A stretch of DNA of 32,000 bases, taken from Corynebacterium glutamicum ATCC 13032. Its GTDB lineage: Bacteria > Actinomycetota > Actinomycetes > Mycobacteriales > Mycobacteriaceae. A program made the position numbers and the translations under genes. Shown here one piece after another: positions 1 through 9,395 of this stretch (its first letter is position 1; every line of letters begins with the position of its first letter). Location: contig NC_003450.3 of NCBI RefSeq assembly GCF_000011325.1, positions 1,260,001-1,292,000 on the forward strand, given 5' to 3'. The notes under the pieces are model-generated. The model saw only the letters and a program-made list of their open reading frames with translations. It was not told where the DNA came from and did no database searches.

Positions 1-1201
1 CCAGCACAACATCAACCAGACCGTCCTCGGCAATCGACGAAGTCACCAGTGCAATACCGCCACTTCCAGCCAGTGCACCGACCATATGGGATCGATGTGC
101 CTGAGAATTTGCCATTCTTTTCTCCCAATCAATCGCCACCGGTATCGCCAATACGGCGCCCTCCCGCGCCTTCAGCGCCCGGTTCGAGCGCAGCGCCACC
201 ACAGGGAGTTCGCTTATCGACGCCAGCCTCTTTCCACCCCCTAATCTCTCAATTACCGGAACAACAAAGAGCCTAAAACTAACCCACGCCGCCACCGGGT
301 TTCCCGGCAGACACACCACTTTTGCGTCGCCCCACTGCCCATGACCTTGCGGTTTACCCGGCTTCATCGCAATGGGGAAGAATTCAAAACCACCAGTCTT
401 AGTTCCCACGGCTTTGACCACATCGAACGCGCCCGCCGAGATCCCACCCACAGTGATGATCACATCCGCAACCTCTGCAGCCTTATCGAGCGTCTCCCTC
501 AATGCAGTCTCAGAATCATCGGAATGGAAATGCTGCGGATCCTTAATCCCCACGCGTTTTAGCTCCGCAACCAGCATCGGCCCATTGGAATTAGGGATAC
601 CCCAGGGATTTCCCTGGTTTAGCTCATCACCGGTAGTGATCACCGCAACCCGAGGGCAAGGATGGGCTTTTACAGTGTCATGGCCAACTGAAATCACCGT
701 CGACACAGTACCCGCATCAAATGCCGTCCCCGCAGCAACCGCAATTTCGCCTTCTTTAAGATGCTCACCAGCATGGCGAATATTATTCCTCTCACCTGGT
801 AGCTCATTGATCGTGATTTCTGTAGGAAGCGAGTGATCCACCGGAGCATTGGTGAGCTCCACTGGAACCACGATCATGTCCTTGTTGGTGGATGGGACGG
901 GTCCACCTGTCATCACACGGATGGCTTTTCCATTATTAATGCTCGCCGGCGCAGAACCCGCCGGAGTATCACCGCCCACAAGAAATGTCCACGGCCCGCT
1001 GCCATGGATGTCTTCTTTCAAAATGGCGTAACCATCAACAGCAGAATTAGTAAATTTCGGGATAGGAATTGTCGCGACAACATCCTCTGCAAGGTGACTT
1101 AACGGATGCGCGCCGAGGATAGGGGTTTTTACTGGCGGAAGCGGTGCGACGCTGTCTATCAAAATGGAAAGATAGTCATCGACGCTGCGTTGCTGTGCCA
1201 C
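1..1201 (-). CDS. moeA: Molybdopterin molybdenumtransferase MoeA; 3' end runs off the left window edge (~400 codons visible)
   Basis: Absent from the ORF track because no stop codon lies in the window. My reverse-strand translation from GTG (1201..1199) stays open to position 1. It reads VAQQRSVDDYLSILIDSVAPLPPVKTPILGAHPL...FTNSAVDGYAI...GKAIRVMTGGPVP...PRVAVITTGDELN...IPNSNGPMLVAEL...DVIITVGGISAGAFDVV...IAMKPGKPQG...VCLPGNPVAAWVSF, the MoeA domain order and motifs. A purine-rich aaaaagggg lies just upstream of the GTG. Confidence 0.85.
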   Translation of the reverse strand, partial: MAQQRSVDDYLSILIDSVAPLPPVKTPILGAHPLSHLAEDVVATIPIPKFTNSAVDGYAILKEDIHGSGPWTFLVGGDTPAGSAPASINNGKAIRVMTGGPVPSTNKDMIVVPVELTNAPVDHSLPTEITINELPGERNNIRHAGEHLKEGEIAVAAGTAFDAGTVSTVISVGHDTVKAHPCPRVAVITTGDELNQGNPWGIPNSNGPMLVAELKRVGIKDPQHFHSDDSETALRETLDKAAEVADVIITVGGISAGAFDVVKAVGTKTGGFEFFPIAMKPGKPQGHGQWGDAKVVCLPGNPVAAWVSFRLFVVPVIERLGGGKRLASISELPVVALRSNRALKAREGAVLAIPVAIDWEKRMANSQAHRSHMVGALAGSGGIALVTSSIAEDGLVDVVL

Positions 1202-1384
1202 TTGAAACCCCTTTTTCGACAATAAACACTCAAATATATAGGGTAGTTGCCAAATCAATAGTTCGCGCTGTTTTAAGAGGTTGAGATTCTCAAACGGGTG
1301 TTTGTATAGATCACATTGCGATCATGCCTTAGACGCGATTCTGAGAGGGCAAGTTTTTTGAGTTCCGGTTCCAATTTTAAGCTC

Positions 1385-1516
1385 GACCAAACCACAGTGC
1401 CCACGAACTGGAAATTCGACAACTCTGGGCATTTGTGTCTGGTTTCAAGCCGTCGAAACCAGACCACGCTGCCCATGAACCGGGAAAACCTGAGCCGTGG
1501 GCAGTGTGGTTTGGTC
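1385..1516. repeat. Nested palindromic element, copy 1 (~132 bp)
   Basis: Outer arms gaccaaaccacagtgcccacg (1385..1405) and cgtgggcagtgtggtttggtc (1496..1516) are reverse complements at 20/21 positions. Inner arms 1425..1446 and 1455..1477 pair as 10 bp + 6 bp around an 8-nt loop (aagccgtc). Lies in the moaA-moeA spacer. Confidence 0.85.
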
Positions 1517-1540
1517 ATGGCGTTCGAATGCTGATTCGGG

Positions 1541-1668
1541 CCAGACAGGCGTGACAAGATTGGCGAAAAGTCTATGATTTTGGCACACCTGTCCGGTTAT
1601 CGGGACCAAAAACCAGACACACGTGCCAAAAGCTGTGGAAATTCTCGAATCTTGTCACGCCTGTCTGG
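1541..1668. repeat. Nested palindromic element, copy 2 (~128 bp)
   Basis: Outer arms ccagacaggcgtgacaagat (1541..1560) and atcttgtcacgcctgtctgg (1649..1668) are perfect 20-bp reverse complements. Inner arms tttggcacacctgtccggtt (1579..1598) and aaccagacacacgtgccaaa (1611..1630) pair at 16/20. Shares the core AACCAGACA-N-GTGCC with copy 1. Confidence 0.85.
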
Positions 1669-1684
1669 TTGGGGCTGGTATGGG

Positions 1685-2818
1685 CTAGCCACCGATGGCA
1701 GACATGGGGCGATCTGGTTGGAGGAAGCCTTCATCGTCGATGCCATGGCCGGGTTTCTTCTCCCACATGGCGCCTGCCCACAGTTGCGCGAGCTCATCGT
1801 CGGAGGCGCCGTCGCGAAGCGCGTCACGTAGGGGAGTTTCAGTGCGGGAGAAAAGGCAGTTTCGGATGGTGCCGTCGGTGGTGAGGCGGGAGCGATCGCA
1901 ATCTCCGCAAAATGGGTGCGTCACCGAGGCGATGATGCCGATTTGTCCAGTGATATCAGGGTTGGATTTATCTACCACATTCCACAGCGCAGCAGGTGCA
2001 GCTCCTCGGGGTTCCTTGGCGGGGGATAAGGTGAATTTTTCTTCCAGGCGCGCCAGGATTTCTTCGGCTGTGACCATATCGCCGCGTTTCCACTGCTCGC
2101 GCGGGCCAAGTGGCATTTGTTCGATGAATCGCAGTTGGGAGCCTTTGGAAATGCAGTATTCCGCAAGGGGGACGATATCTACTTCATTGACCCCAGGCAT
2201 GACCACGGCGTTGATCTTCACTGGGTGAAGGCCAGCGGCAACAGCGGCATCGATGGACGCCAACACACCGGACAATCGATCACGCCTGGTTAGCGAGACG
2301 TAGCGTTCGGCGTCGATGGTGTCGAGTGAAATATTGACCCGGTCAAGACCAGCTTCTTTCAGTCCTGCGATGCGTTTGTCTAGGCCAAGGCCGTTGGTGG
2401 TGAGAGCGATGTGAACTTTTTCGCCTTCGTCGGTGCGCAGGGCTGCGGTGCCGGCGATGATGTCTTCCAAATTTTTCCGCAGTAAAGGCTCGCCGCCGGT
2501 GAATCGAATTTGACGAATGCCCAGCTTAACCACCGCAATGCGGATGAGTCGCAGCACCTCGGCGTCGTTAAGCGTCTGCTCGGTGGGCAGCCACTCTAAA
2601 CCCTCCGCGGGCATGCAATAGGTGCAGCGGAGGTTGCATCGGTCGGTCAGTGACACCCGCAGGTCACGCGCGATGCGTCCGAATCTGTCCACAAGCACGC
2701 GATTGCCGTCTGCGGGTGGCAGGTACGCATCATGTTTGATGCTCGCAGAAGTGCTTTTCGACGCCCCCTCCCGATCATTTCGGGGCGGCGTTGGCGAAAG
2801 ATAAAGGCGAGTAGTCAT
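1685..2818 (-). CDS. moaA: GTP 3',8-cyclase MoaA (radical SAM, Moco biosynthesis)
   Basis: Tracked ORF 1685..2893 (-). Motifs: CNLRCTYCMP (CxxxCxxC radical-SAM cluster), FTGGEPLL, THPFCGDCDRSRLTTDG (second cluster) and the C-terminal ...MSAIGG. The first ~21-25 tracked codons (MKNNFPIYSGFYWLYSAALSR) are AT-rich with rare codons and overlap the end of the upstream gene. I therefore start at ATG 2818 (MTTRLYL...); ATG 2830 (MGKKM...) is equally possible. Confidence 0.85.
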   Translation of the reverse strand: MTTRLYLSPTPPRNDREGASKSTSASIKHDAYLPPADGNRVLVDRFGRIARDLRVSLTDRCNLRCTYCMPAEGLEWLPTEQTLNDAEVLRLIRIAVVKLGIRQIRFTGGEPLLRKNLEDIIAGTAALRTDEGEKVHIALTTNGLGLDKRIAGLKEAGLDRVNISLDTIDAERYVSLTRRDRLSGVLASIDAAVAAGLHPVKINAVVMPGVNEVDIVPLAEYCISKGSQLRFIEQMPLGPREQWKRGDMVTAEEILARLEEKFTLSPAKEPRGAAPAALWNVVDKSNPDITGQIGIIASVTHPFCGDCDRSRLTTDGTIRNCLFSRTETPLRDALRDGASDDELAQLWAGAMWEKKPGHGIDDEGFLQPDRPMSAIGG

Positions 2819-2882
2819 CTTCTTGCCCATCCTAGAAAGAGCTGCGGAATAAAGCCAGTAAAAGCCGGAATAAATAGGGAAG

Positions 2883-4610
2883 TTATTTTTCACCTGGCCC
2901 TTTAAGCTTAATTACTTCGAAATCGCCGTTGCGCAGGTGGTTGCGGAGGTCCTTCTTGTCATATTTACCGACGGAGGTTTTATCCACCTCATCAACAAAT
3001 GTCCAATATTCTGGCAGCATCCAGTTGGGTAGGCGGTCGCGAAGTTGATCGCGGAGGCGCTCGGCGGTTTCCCGGGTGCGTTCAATGCCGGGGTAGAGCA
3101 TGGTGACTGCGAGGGGACGTTCCACCCACTTGTCATCGGGGAAGCCAATGACGGCGCATTCGACAACCTCTTCCGTAGCCACGATGAGGTTTTCCAGCTG
3201 AGCGGAGTAAATCCACTCGCCGCCAGAACGGATGACATCGCGGGCGCGGTCTTGGATGGTGAGGAATCCATCGCTGGTGACAGATCCAACGTCCCCGGTG
3301 CGCAGCCAGCCGTCGGCGGTGAAGAGCTCATCGTTTTCCTCTTCAACGTCATGGTCGCGGAATGTTGAGGCGGTGCCACCTTCTTTTTCCACATCGGGGT
3401 GGAAGTAACTTGCAGTCACCCACGGACCGCGGACCTGAATCTCGCCCTCGTTGCGGTCGGTGGACGCCATGACCTGGCCGTCGTTGACAATGCGGTACTG
3501 CAGGGAGGCGGGGAATCGGCCCTGGGAGACTCGATAATTCCACCGGCTTTCACCAGAAACACCTGATGGTGGGCGAGACACAGTACCCACGGTGGAGGTT
3601 TCCGTCATACCCCACACGTGGACAACATCCACGCCATAGCGCTGCTCCCACATGGTGATCACGATTGGAGGCACCGCAGAACCGCCCACGTATAGCTCAC
3701 GCAGAGACATACGCTCTGGGGGATTTTTCAGGTAGTGAACCATCAGCTGAATCCAGAGAGTAGGCACGCCATGCGCCACGCGAGGCAGCGTGGTGGAAAT
3801 GATCTTTGCCAATGTCGGCGCAGAAAGATCCGGTCCAGGAAGCACCAGGGGAGTGCCGGACATAAACGCTGCGATCGGCACGCCCCAGCTGAGGACGTGG
3901 TAAATCGGCACACAGCACAGGAACGTTTCGCCGTGTTCCACTGCGAGGGAATCCGTGGTGCGCAAGCTCAACGACTGTAAATAAAGCGAGCGGTGGGAAT
4001 ACACCACACCCTTCGGCGGTCCCGATGTACCGGTGGAATAGCAAATTGCAGCAGCAGTGCGTTCATCCTGCTCGGGCCAGTTGTAAACAGTGGAACGGCC
4101 GTCAAGGAGCGCTTCATAGGAATACAGCTTCATTCCCTCCGGCATGTGGGCCGCCGCGCTAGAGAAATCATTCGGTCCAATAAACACCACGGCACGAACT
4201 TTTGGTGTTTCTTTTAAGATCTCACCCAATTGTTCAGCCATGCGCGGATCAGCGATAACCACTTCAGCTTCAGAGTGATTGAGAATGAACACAATCTGAT
4301 CATTCATCAACTGCTTGTTCAGCGGATTAAACACGGCACCCATGCATGCGACTGCAAACATAGTTTCCATGTGTTCCGCGCAGTTATAGAGCATCGACGC
4401 CACTCGCTGATCCCCAGTAATACCTAAAGAATCATGCAGCGCATGAGCCAAAGCCGCAGCTCTAGCCCCCACAGCACTAAAAGTTTGCTGTGCTTGTTCA
4501 ATGCCATCGGCACCGCCCCACGTGGTGATCAAAGTATCACCGTGAACAGTGGACCCGTACTCGAGGATTCTGGTTAATGACAGTGGGACGTCCTGCATCG
4601 TGCTGAGCAT
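2883..4610 (-). CDS. AMP-dependent acyl-CoA synthetase/ligase (fatty-acid-CoA ligase family)
   Basis: Tracked ORF 2883..4655 (-). Motifs: AMP-binding signature YSTGTSGPPKGVVYSH, WGMTETS, GWLRTGDVG and a C-terminal ...KTSVGKYDKK. Start chosen at ATG 4610 (MLSTMQDVPL...) because homologues I recall begin near the STM.D motif. There is no SD. TATTGT (revcomp of 4618..4623) sits 7 nt upstream, so the transcript may be leaderless. TTG 4655 and ATG 4598 are alternatives. Confidence 0.8.
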   Translation of the reverse strand: MLSTMQDVPLSLTRILEYGSTVHGDTLITTWGGADGIEQAQQTFSAVGARAAALAHALHDSLGITGDQRVASMLYNCAEHMETMFAVACMGAVFNPLNKQLMNDQIVFILNHSEAEVVIADPRMAEQLGEILKETPKVRAVVFIGPNDFSSAAAHMPEGMKLYSYEALLDGRSTVYNWPEQDERTAAAICYSTGTSGPPKGVVYSHRSLYLQSLSLRTTDSLAVEHGETFLCCVPIYHVLSWGVPIAAFMSGTPLVLPGPDLSAPTLAKIISTTLPRVAHGVPTLWIQLMVHYLKNPPERMSLRELYVGGSAVPPIVITMWEQRYGVDVVHVWGMTETSTVGTVSRPPSGVSGESRWNYRVSQGRFPASLQYRIVNDGQVMASTDRNEGEIQVRGPWVTASYFHPDVEKEGGTASTFRDHDVEEENDELFTADGWLRTGDVGSVTSDGFLTIQDRARDVIRSGGEWIYSAQLENLIVATEEVVECAVIGFPDDKWVERPLAVTMLYPGIERTRETAERLRDQLRDRLPNWMLPEYWTFVDEVDKTSVGKYDKKDLRNHLRNGDFEVIKLKGPGEK

Positions 4611-5141
4611 GCAATCAACAATAGCCGGGGCATGCGACACGCAACGACAGTGCAAGCAATCAACTTTGAAAACGTCGAAACTTTATGCAGCTTTTAGCGA
4701 GGGGAATGAGACATAGGGCAATACCATGCGCTAGAATTATCGACCAAGGCCGGGAACAGCTTCCCGGTGCACACAAATTCCCAGGCAAAACGCACAAATT
4801 AGCGTGCAGCGGAAGCAATAGAAAATTCCGTGTGACTGAGAATTGCTGAAGGGGCACCCGGAGGGTGTGAAACTTAAAACCCATTAGTTTTTAAGATCAC
4901 ATCTCGGCCTGGAAGAAAACACACAGTTGCGCGGTTCCTGCGTTACAGGTGAGTCAACTTCTAATATTTGTGTCATCCTGCGCGATCGCTTTCAACGTGC
5001 GTAGACAACTCGCATGTGCGACCACCATTTGGGTGCCACGTTCAATTACACAGAAGCCGAGTTCAGCCATATTTTTCGCCCGTCATATGAAAAACGGGTA
5101 CATCACCGCAGCTTGGTCTGAACTGCAATGAAAGGAAATCT

Positions 5142-7430
5142 GTGACAACCACAGACAACACCGCAGCGAATCAGGGTGAACTGACCGCCCTCCGACTGCC
5201 GGATCTGCGCAAAATTGCCGCCGACCTTGGGCTCAAGGGAACCTCGGCATTGCGTAAGGGCGATCTGATCAACGCCATCTCTGCAGCCCGCGAGGGTAAG
5301 CCAACCGCAGCTGCGAAGAAGACTTCCCCACGCAAGGCCCCATCACGCACCCGTGCGACACAGCCTTCCGCACCGGTTGAGCAAGCACAAGAAGCTCCCG
5401 CGCAAACTTCAACTGCACCTGCTTCAGCACCATCTGAAGAGACTCCCGCAGCTCCCGCTCGTCGTGGACGTCGCCGTGTAACCACCACCGCGACCACCCC
5501 AGAGCCAGCAGCGCCTGCACAATCCCAGCCTGCAGAAGCTCAACCAGCACAGACTCAGGCTGCACAGCAAGAAGAACTTCCTGTTGCAGCGAAGGAGTCC
5601 GCACCAGCTACAGAAAACACTCAGGGCCAAGCTCAGGGCCAAGCTCAGGGCCAAGCTCAGGGCGATGAGCACGATGATCGTTTTGAGTCCCGTTCTGCTG
5701 CACGCCGAGCACGCCGCAACCGTCAGCGCCAGATCCACCGCGATGGCGATGACAATGCGAATGCAAACACAGAGTCTGAGCAGAACACCCCTGCCCAGAA
5801 CGCAACCGCACAGGCTGAGTCTGAGCAGACTGCAGCTCCTGCACAGGCTGAAGCAGCTGAGCAGAACCAGAACGATAACAGCGAGTCCTCCGAGAACCGC
5901 AGCGATAACTACCGCAACAACAATCGTCGTTCCCGCAACAACCGGAACAATCGCAATTACCGCGATAACAACGAGTCCTCTGATAATGCAGGACAGTCCA
6001 GCAATGATGATGCCGACAACAATCAGGCACGGTCTGAGGACAATAACGACGATCGCCGTTCTCGTAATAACCGTAACAACGACCGCAATGATCGTAACGA
6101 TCGCAATGACCGCGACAACGACGACAACGATGATCGCCGCAACCGTCGCGGACGCCGCAATCGCCGTGGACGCAACGACCGTAACGATCGCGACAACCGA
6201 GATAACCGGGATAACCGCGACAACAGCAACGATGGCGACAACAACCAGCAAGATGAGCTGCAGCAGGTAGCAGGCATCCTGGACATCGTGGACCATAACG
6301 TCGCATTCGTGCGCACCACCGGTTACCACGCTGCACCTTCTGACGTGTTTGTCAGCAACCAGCTGATCCGCCGTATGGGTCTTCGTTCCGGTGACGCCAT
6401 TGAAGGTCAGGTTCGTATGAACCAGGGTGGTGGCAACCACAACAACCATGGTCGCAACCGTCAGAAGTACAACAACTTGGTGCGCGTGGAGATGGTTAAC
6501 GGTCTTCCTGCTGAAGAGACTCGCAACCGTCCTGAGTTCGGCAAGCTGACTCCTCTGTACCCGAACCAGCGTCTGCGTTTGGAAACTGAGCAGAAGATTC
6601 TTACCACTCGTGTGATCGACTTGATCATGCCTATTGGTAAGGGACAGCGTGCTTTGATTGTGTCGCCACCTAAGGCTGGTAAGACCACGATCCTGCAGAA
6701 CATTGCGAACGCTATTTCCACCAACAACCCAGAGTGCTACCTCATGGTTGTTTTGGTTGATGAGCGTCCGGAAGAAGTTACTGATATGCAGCGCTCCGTC
6801 AACGGCGAAGTGATTTCTTCTACTTTCGATCGTCCACCATCAGAGCACACTGCGGTTGCTGAGCTGGCGATTGAGCGTGCGAAGCGCCTGGTGGAGCAGG
6901 GCCAGGACGTCGTTGTTCTGCTTGACTCCATTACTCGTTTGGGCCGTGCGTACAACAACAGCTCACCTGCATCGGGACGTATTTTGTCCGGTGGTGTGGA
7001 TTCCAATGCACTGTACCCGCCGAAGCGTTTCTTGGGTGCTGCTCGAAACATCGAAAATGGTGGATCTTTGACCATCATCGCAACTGCCATGGTGGAAACC
7101 GGCTCTGCTGGTGACACCGTGATCTTCGAGGAGTTCAAGGGCACTGGTAACGCTGAGCTGAAGCTGGATCGTAAGATCTCTGAGCGCCGCGTTTTCCCAG
7201 CTGTGGATGTTAATCCTTCTGGTACTCGTAAGGACGAGCTGTTGCTCAACCCGGACGAGGCTCGCATTATGCACAAGCTGCGTCGTATTCTGTCTGCACT
7301 TGATAATCAGCAAGCCATTGATCTGTTGATCAAGCAGCTGAAGAAGACCAAGTCCAATGCGGAATTCCTCATGCAGGTTGCTTCCAGCGCTCCAATGGCA
7401 GGCACAGAAAAAGAGGAGGATTACTCCTAA
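5142..7430 (+). CDS. rho: Transcription termination factor Rho with a very long low-complexity insertion (762 aa)
   Basis: GTG start preceded by aaaggaaa. Contains the Rho_N helix ([17 protein letters not shown]), a cold-shock-like RNA-binding domain ([19 protein letters not shown]), Walker A (SPPKAGKTT) and Walker B plus R-loop region ([15 protein letters not shown]). About 320 aa of A/P/Q then N/D/R-rich sequence lie between Rho_N and the CSD. Confidence 0.97.
5622..5663 (+). repeat. Perfect 12-bp tandem repeat (cagggccaagct x3.5) inside rho, encoding [14 protein letters not shown]
   Basis: Read directly: cagggccaagct at 5622, 5634 and 5646, plus a partial cagggc at 5658..5663. In frame with rho. 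Confidence 0.95.
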
Positions 7431-8506
7431 TGGCATCGCAGGTTTCTGCAGTTGACGATATTTTGTCGGAGTACCACGGTCTGGAACAGCAGATGGCTGA
7501 TCCGGAGTTGCACAATGATGCGGCAGCAGCGCGCCGGGTAGGTAAGCGCTACTCGGAGTTGCAGCCGATCATTAACGTGCACCGTGATTTGGTGTCTGCC
7601 CAGGAAGATCTTGAGGCAGCCCGTGAAATGGCACATGAGGACCATGAGTTCCAGGCCGAGGCTGAGCGCCTTGAGGTGGAAGTTGTGGAGTTGGAAGAAA
7701 AGCTCGCTGATCTTCTTGCACCTCGTGATCCTCATGATGGCGAAGACATCGTGATGGAAATCAAGGCTGGCGCAGGCGGCGAAGAGGCAGCGTTGTTCGC
7801 TGGCGATTTGTTGCGCATGTACCAAAAGTTTGCGGATAAGCACGGCTTTGTCGTGGAGGTTTTGGACTCTGCAGAATCTGACCTCGGTGGTGTCAAGGAC
7901 ATCACCTTGTCTATTCGTTCCCGTCAGCCATCCCGCGATGGTGCGTGGAGCCAGTTCAAGTTTGAAGGTGGCGTGCACCGTGTTCAGCGTGTGCCTGTTA
8001 CTGAATCTCAGGGACGCATCCAGACCTCTGCTGCTGGTGTCTTGGTTTACCCAGAACCAGATGAGGTGGAAAACGTTGAGATCGATGAGAAGGATATTCG
8101 CGTCGATGTGTACCGTTCCTCAGGTAAGGGTGGTCAGGGCGTTAACACCACTGACTCCGCTGTGCGTATTACCCACTTGCCAACTGGTTTGGTGGTGACC
8201 TGTCAGAAGGAGCGCTCCCAGATTCAGAACCGTGCGCGTGCGATGCAGGTTTTGGCTGCCCGTTTACAGGCGATGAAGGAAGAGGAAGCGGCGGCTGAGG
8301 CTGCTACGGGACGTGCTGCGCAGATTCGCACCATGGACCGCTCTGAGCGCATCCGTACCTACAACTGGCCGGAAAACCGCATCAGCGATCACCGTATTGG
8401 TTTTAAGGCGAACAACCTTGATTCGGTTCTCGATGGTGAATTGGATGATCTGTTCACCGCGTTGCAGGCTGCTGAGCGTGCAGAACGTCTTGAGGCCGAG
8501 GGCTAA
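7430..8506 (+). CDS. prfA: Peptide chain release factor 1
   Basis: 358 aa. Contains the GGQ motif ([20 protein letters not shown]) and the RF1-type PVT tripeptide ([14 protein letters not shown]). The ATG shares its A with the rho TAA (TAATG), and aagaggagga lies ~10 nt upstream inside rho. Confidence 0.97.
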
Positions 8507-9346
8507 ATGCTGACCCTTGGGGAAGCTTTGCGCGACGCCACCGCCACCCTGGAAAGGGCGGGGGTGGCGTCGCCACTTGTGGACGCTCGTTTGATTGCGG
8601 CTCATTTGCTGGGTTGCGGTCCGCTCGATATTGCATTGCGCATGCGTGATGAGGTGCCGGCTGGGTTTGCGGCGGCGGTTGAGCGTCGTGCGCGACGCGA
8701 ACCGCTGCAGCACATCTTGGGCACGGCACCCATGGGCCCGTTGGATTTGCATGTGGGACCGGGCGTGTTCATTCCGCGCCCGGAAACCGAGGTGCTCGCG
8801 GACTGGGCCGTGCGGCAGGTGGCTGGCGACGTCGAAAAGCGAAAAATCGTTGACCTGTGCACCGGATCCGGCGCGCTTGCGGCCTACATCGGGCATGCGC
8901 TTATCGACGCGACCCTCTACGCTGTCGAACTCGATCCGGGGGCAGCGACCTGGGCGCAGCGAAACTTTGATGAATTTGCCCCGCAGGTGAAGCTCATCCA
9001 CGGTGATGTAACAGATCCGACATTGTTGGCTGAGGTGCATGGCACGATCGATCTCGTTGTGTCAAATCCGCCGTATGTGCCTGAATCTGATGATTTGGAT
9101 CCAGAGGTCTACCAAGATCCACACATGGCGGTATTTAGTGGCGCTGATGGCATGGATGTCATCAACAAGATGGTGCACCTGATCTTCAATTTGCTGAAAT
9201 CTGGTGGGGCAGTGGGCATCGAACATGATGACACCACTTCTGACGCCGTCCGCCAAGTTTTTTCTCAGCACGGGGGATTTGGCACTATTGAAGTGCTTCA
9301 TGATCTCACCGGCAGAGCGCGTTTTGTTACAGCGCGTAAACTGTGA
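8507..9346 (+). CDS. prmC: Release-factor glutamine N5-methyltransferase PrmC/HemK
   Basis: 279 aa. Contains the SAM-binding [10 protein letters not shown] and the catalytic NPPY ([12 protein letters not shown]). The ATG directly abuts the prfA TAA. Confidence 0.92.
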
Positions 9347-9395
9347 CTTTGAAAAATTTTTGAACAATCCGTACACCAACTTCAGGAGAAAAACA

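Noticed and set aside
1273-1557. ORFs 1273..1557 (-) 94 aa and 1316..1534 (+) 72 aa within the repeat array.
   Set aside because: They are read through palindromic repeats on both strands, which produces mirror ORFs. There are no start signals, and the composition is dictated by the repeats.
1385-1668. CRISPR array interpretation of the moaA-moeA repeats.
   Set aside because: The repeats alternate in orientation rather than being direct. The 'spacers' are short and partly related to one another, and no cas genes are nearby.
1202-1684. Moco riboswitch in the Moco-gene spacer.
   Set aside because: I could not recognise the conserved Moco-motif core. The dominant structures are long repeated palindromes rather than a single multi-stem aptamer. 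Not excluded without a covariance-model (Rfam/Infernal) scan.
4949-5131. 60-aa GTG-initiated ORF ending 11 nt before the rho start (possible leader peptide), and the 74-aa ORF 4660..4884 (-).
   Set aside because: Both have poor codon usage (ATA, CTA, AGA), no SD and no recognisable features. This is more likely the untranslated rho leader or divergent promoter region.
5424-6449. Long ORFs in other frames or the opposite strand of the rho insertion: 5424..6449 (-) 341 aa, 5608..6336 (-) 242 aa, 5584..6270 (+) 228 aa, 6023..6319 (-) 98 aa. Some look like hydrophobic V/I/A-rich membrane proteins.
   Set aside because: They are frame shadows of the repetitive AAC/GAC/CGC codon runs of rho. They show low-complexity periodic sequence and no start context, and they lie entirely inside a gene with unmistakable Rho domains on both sides.
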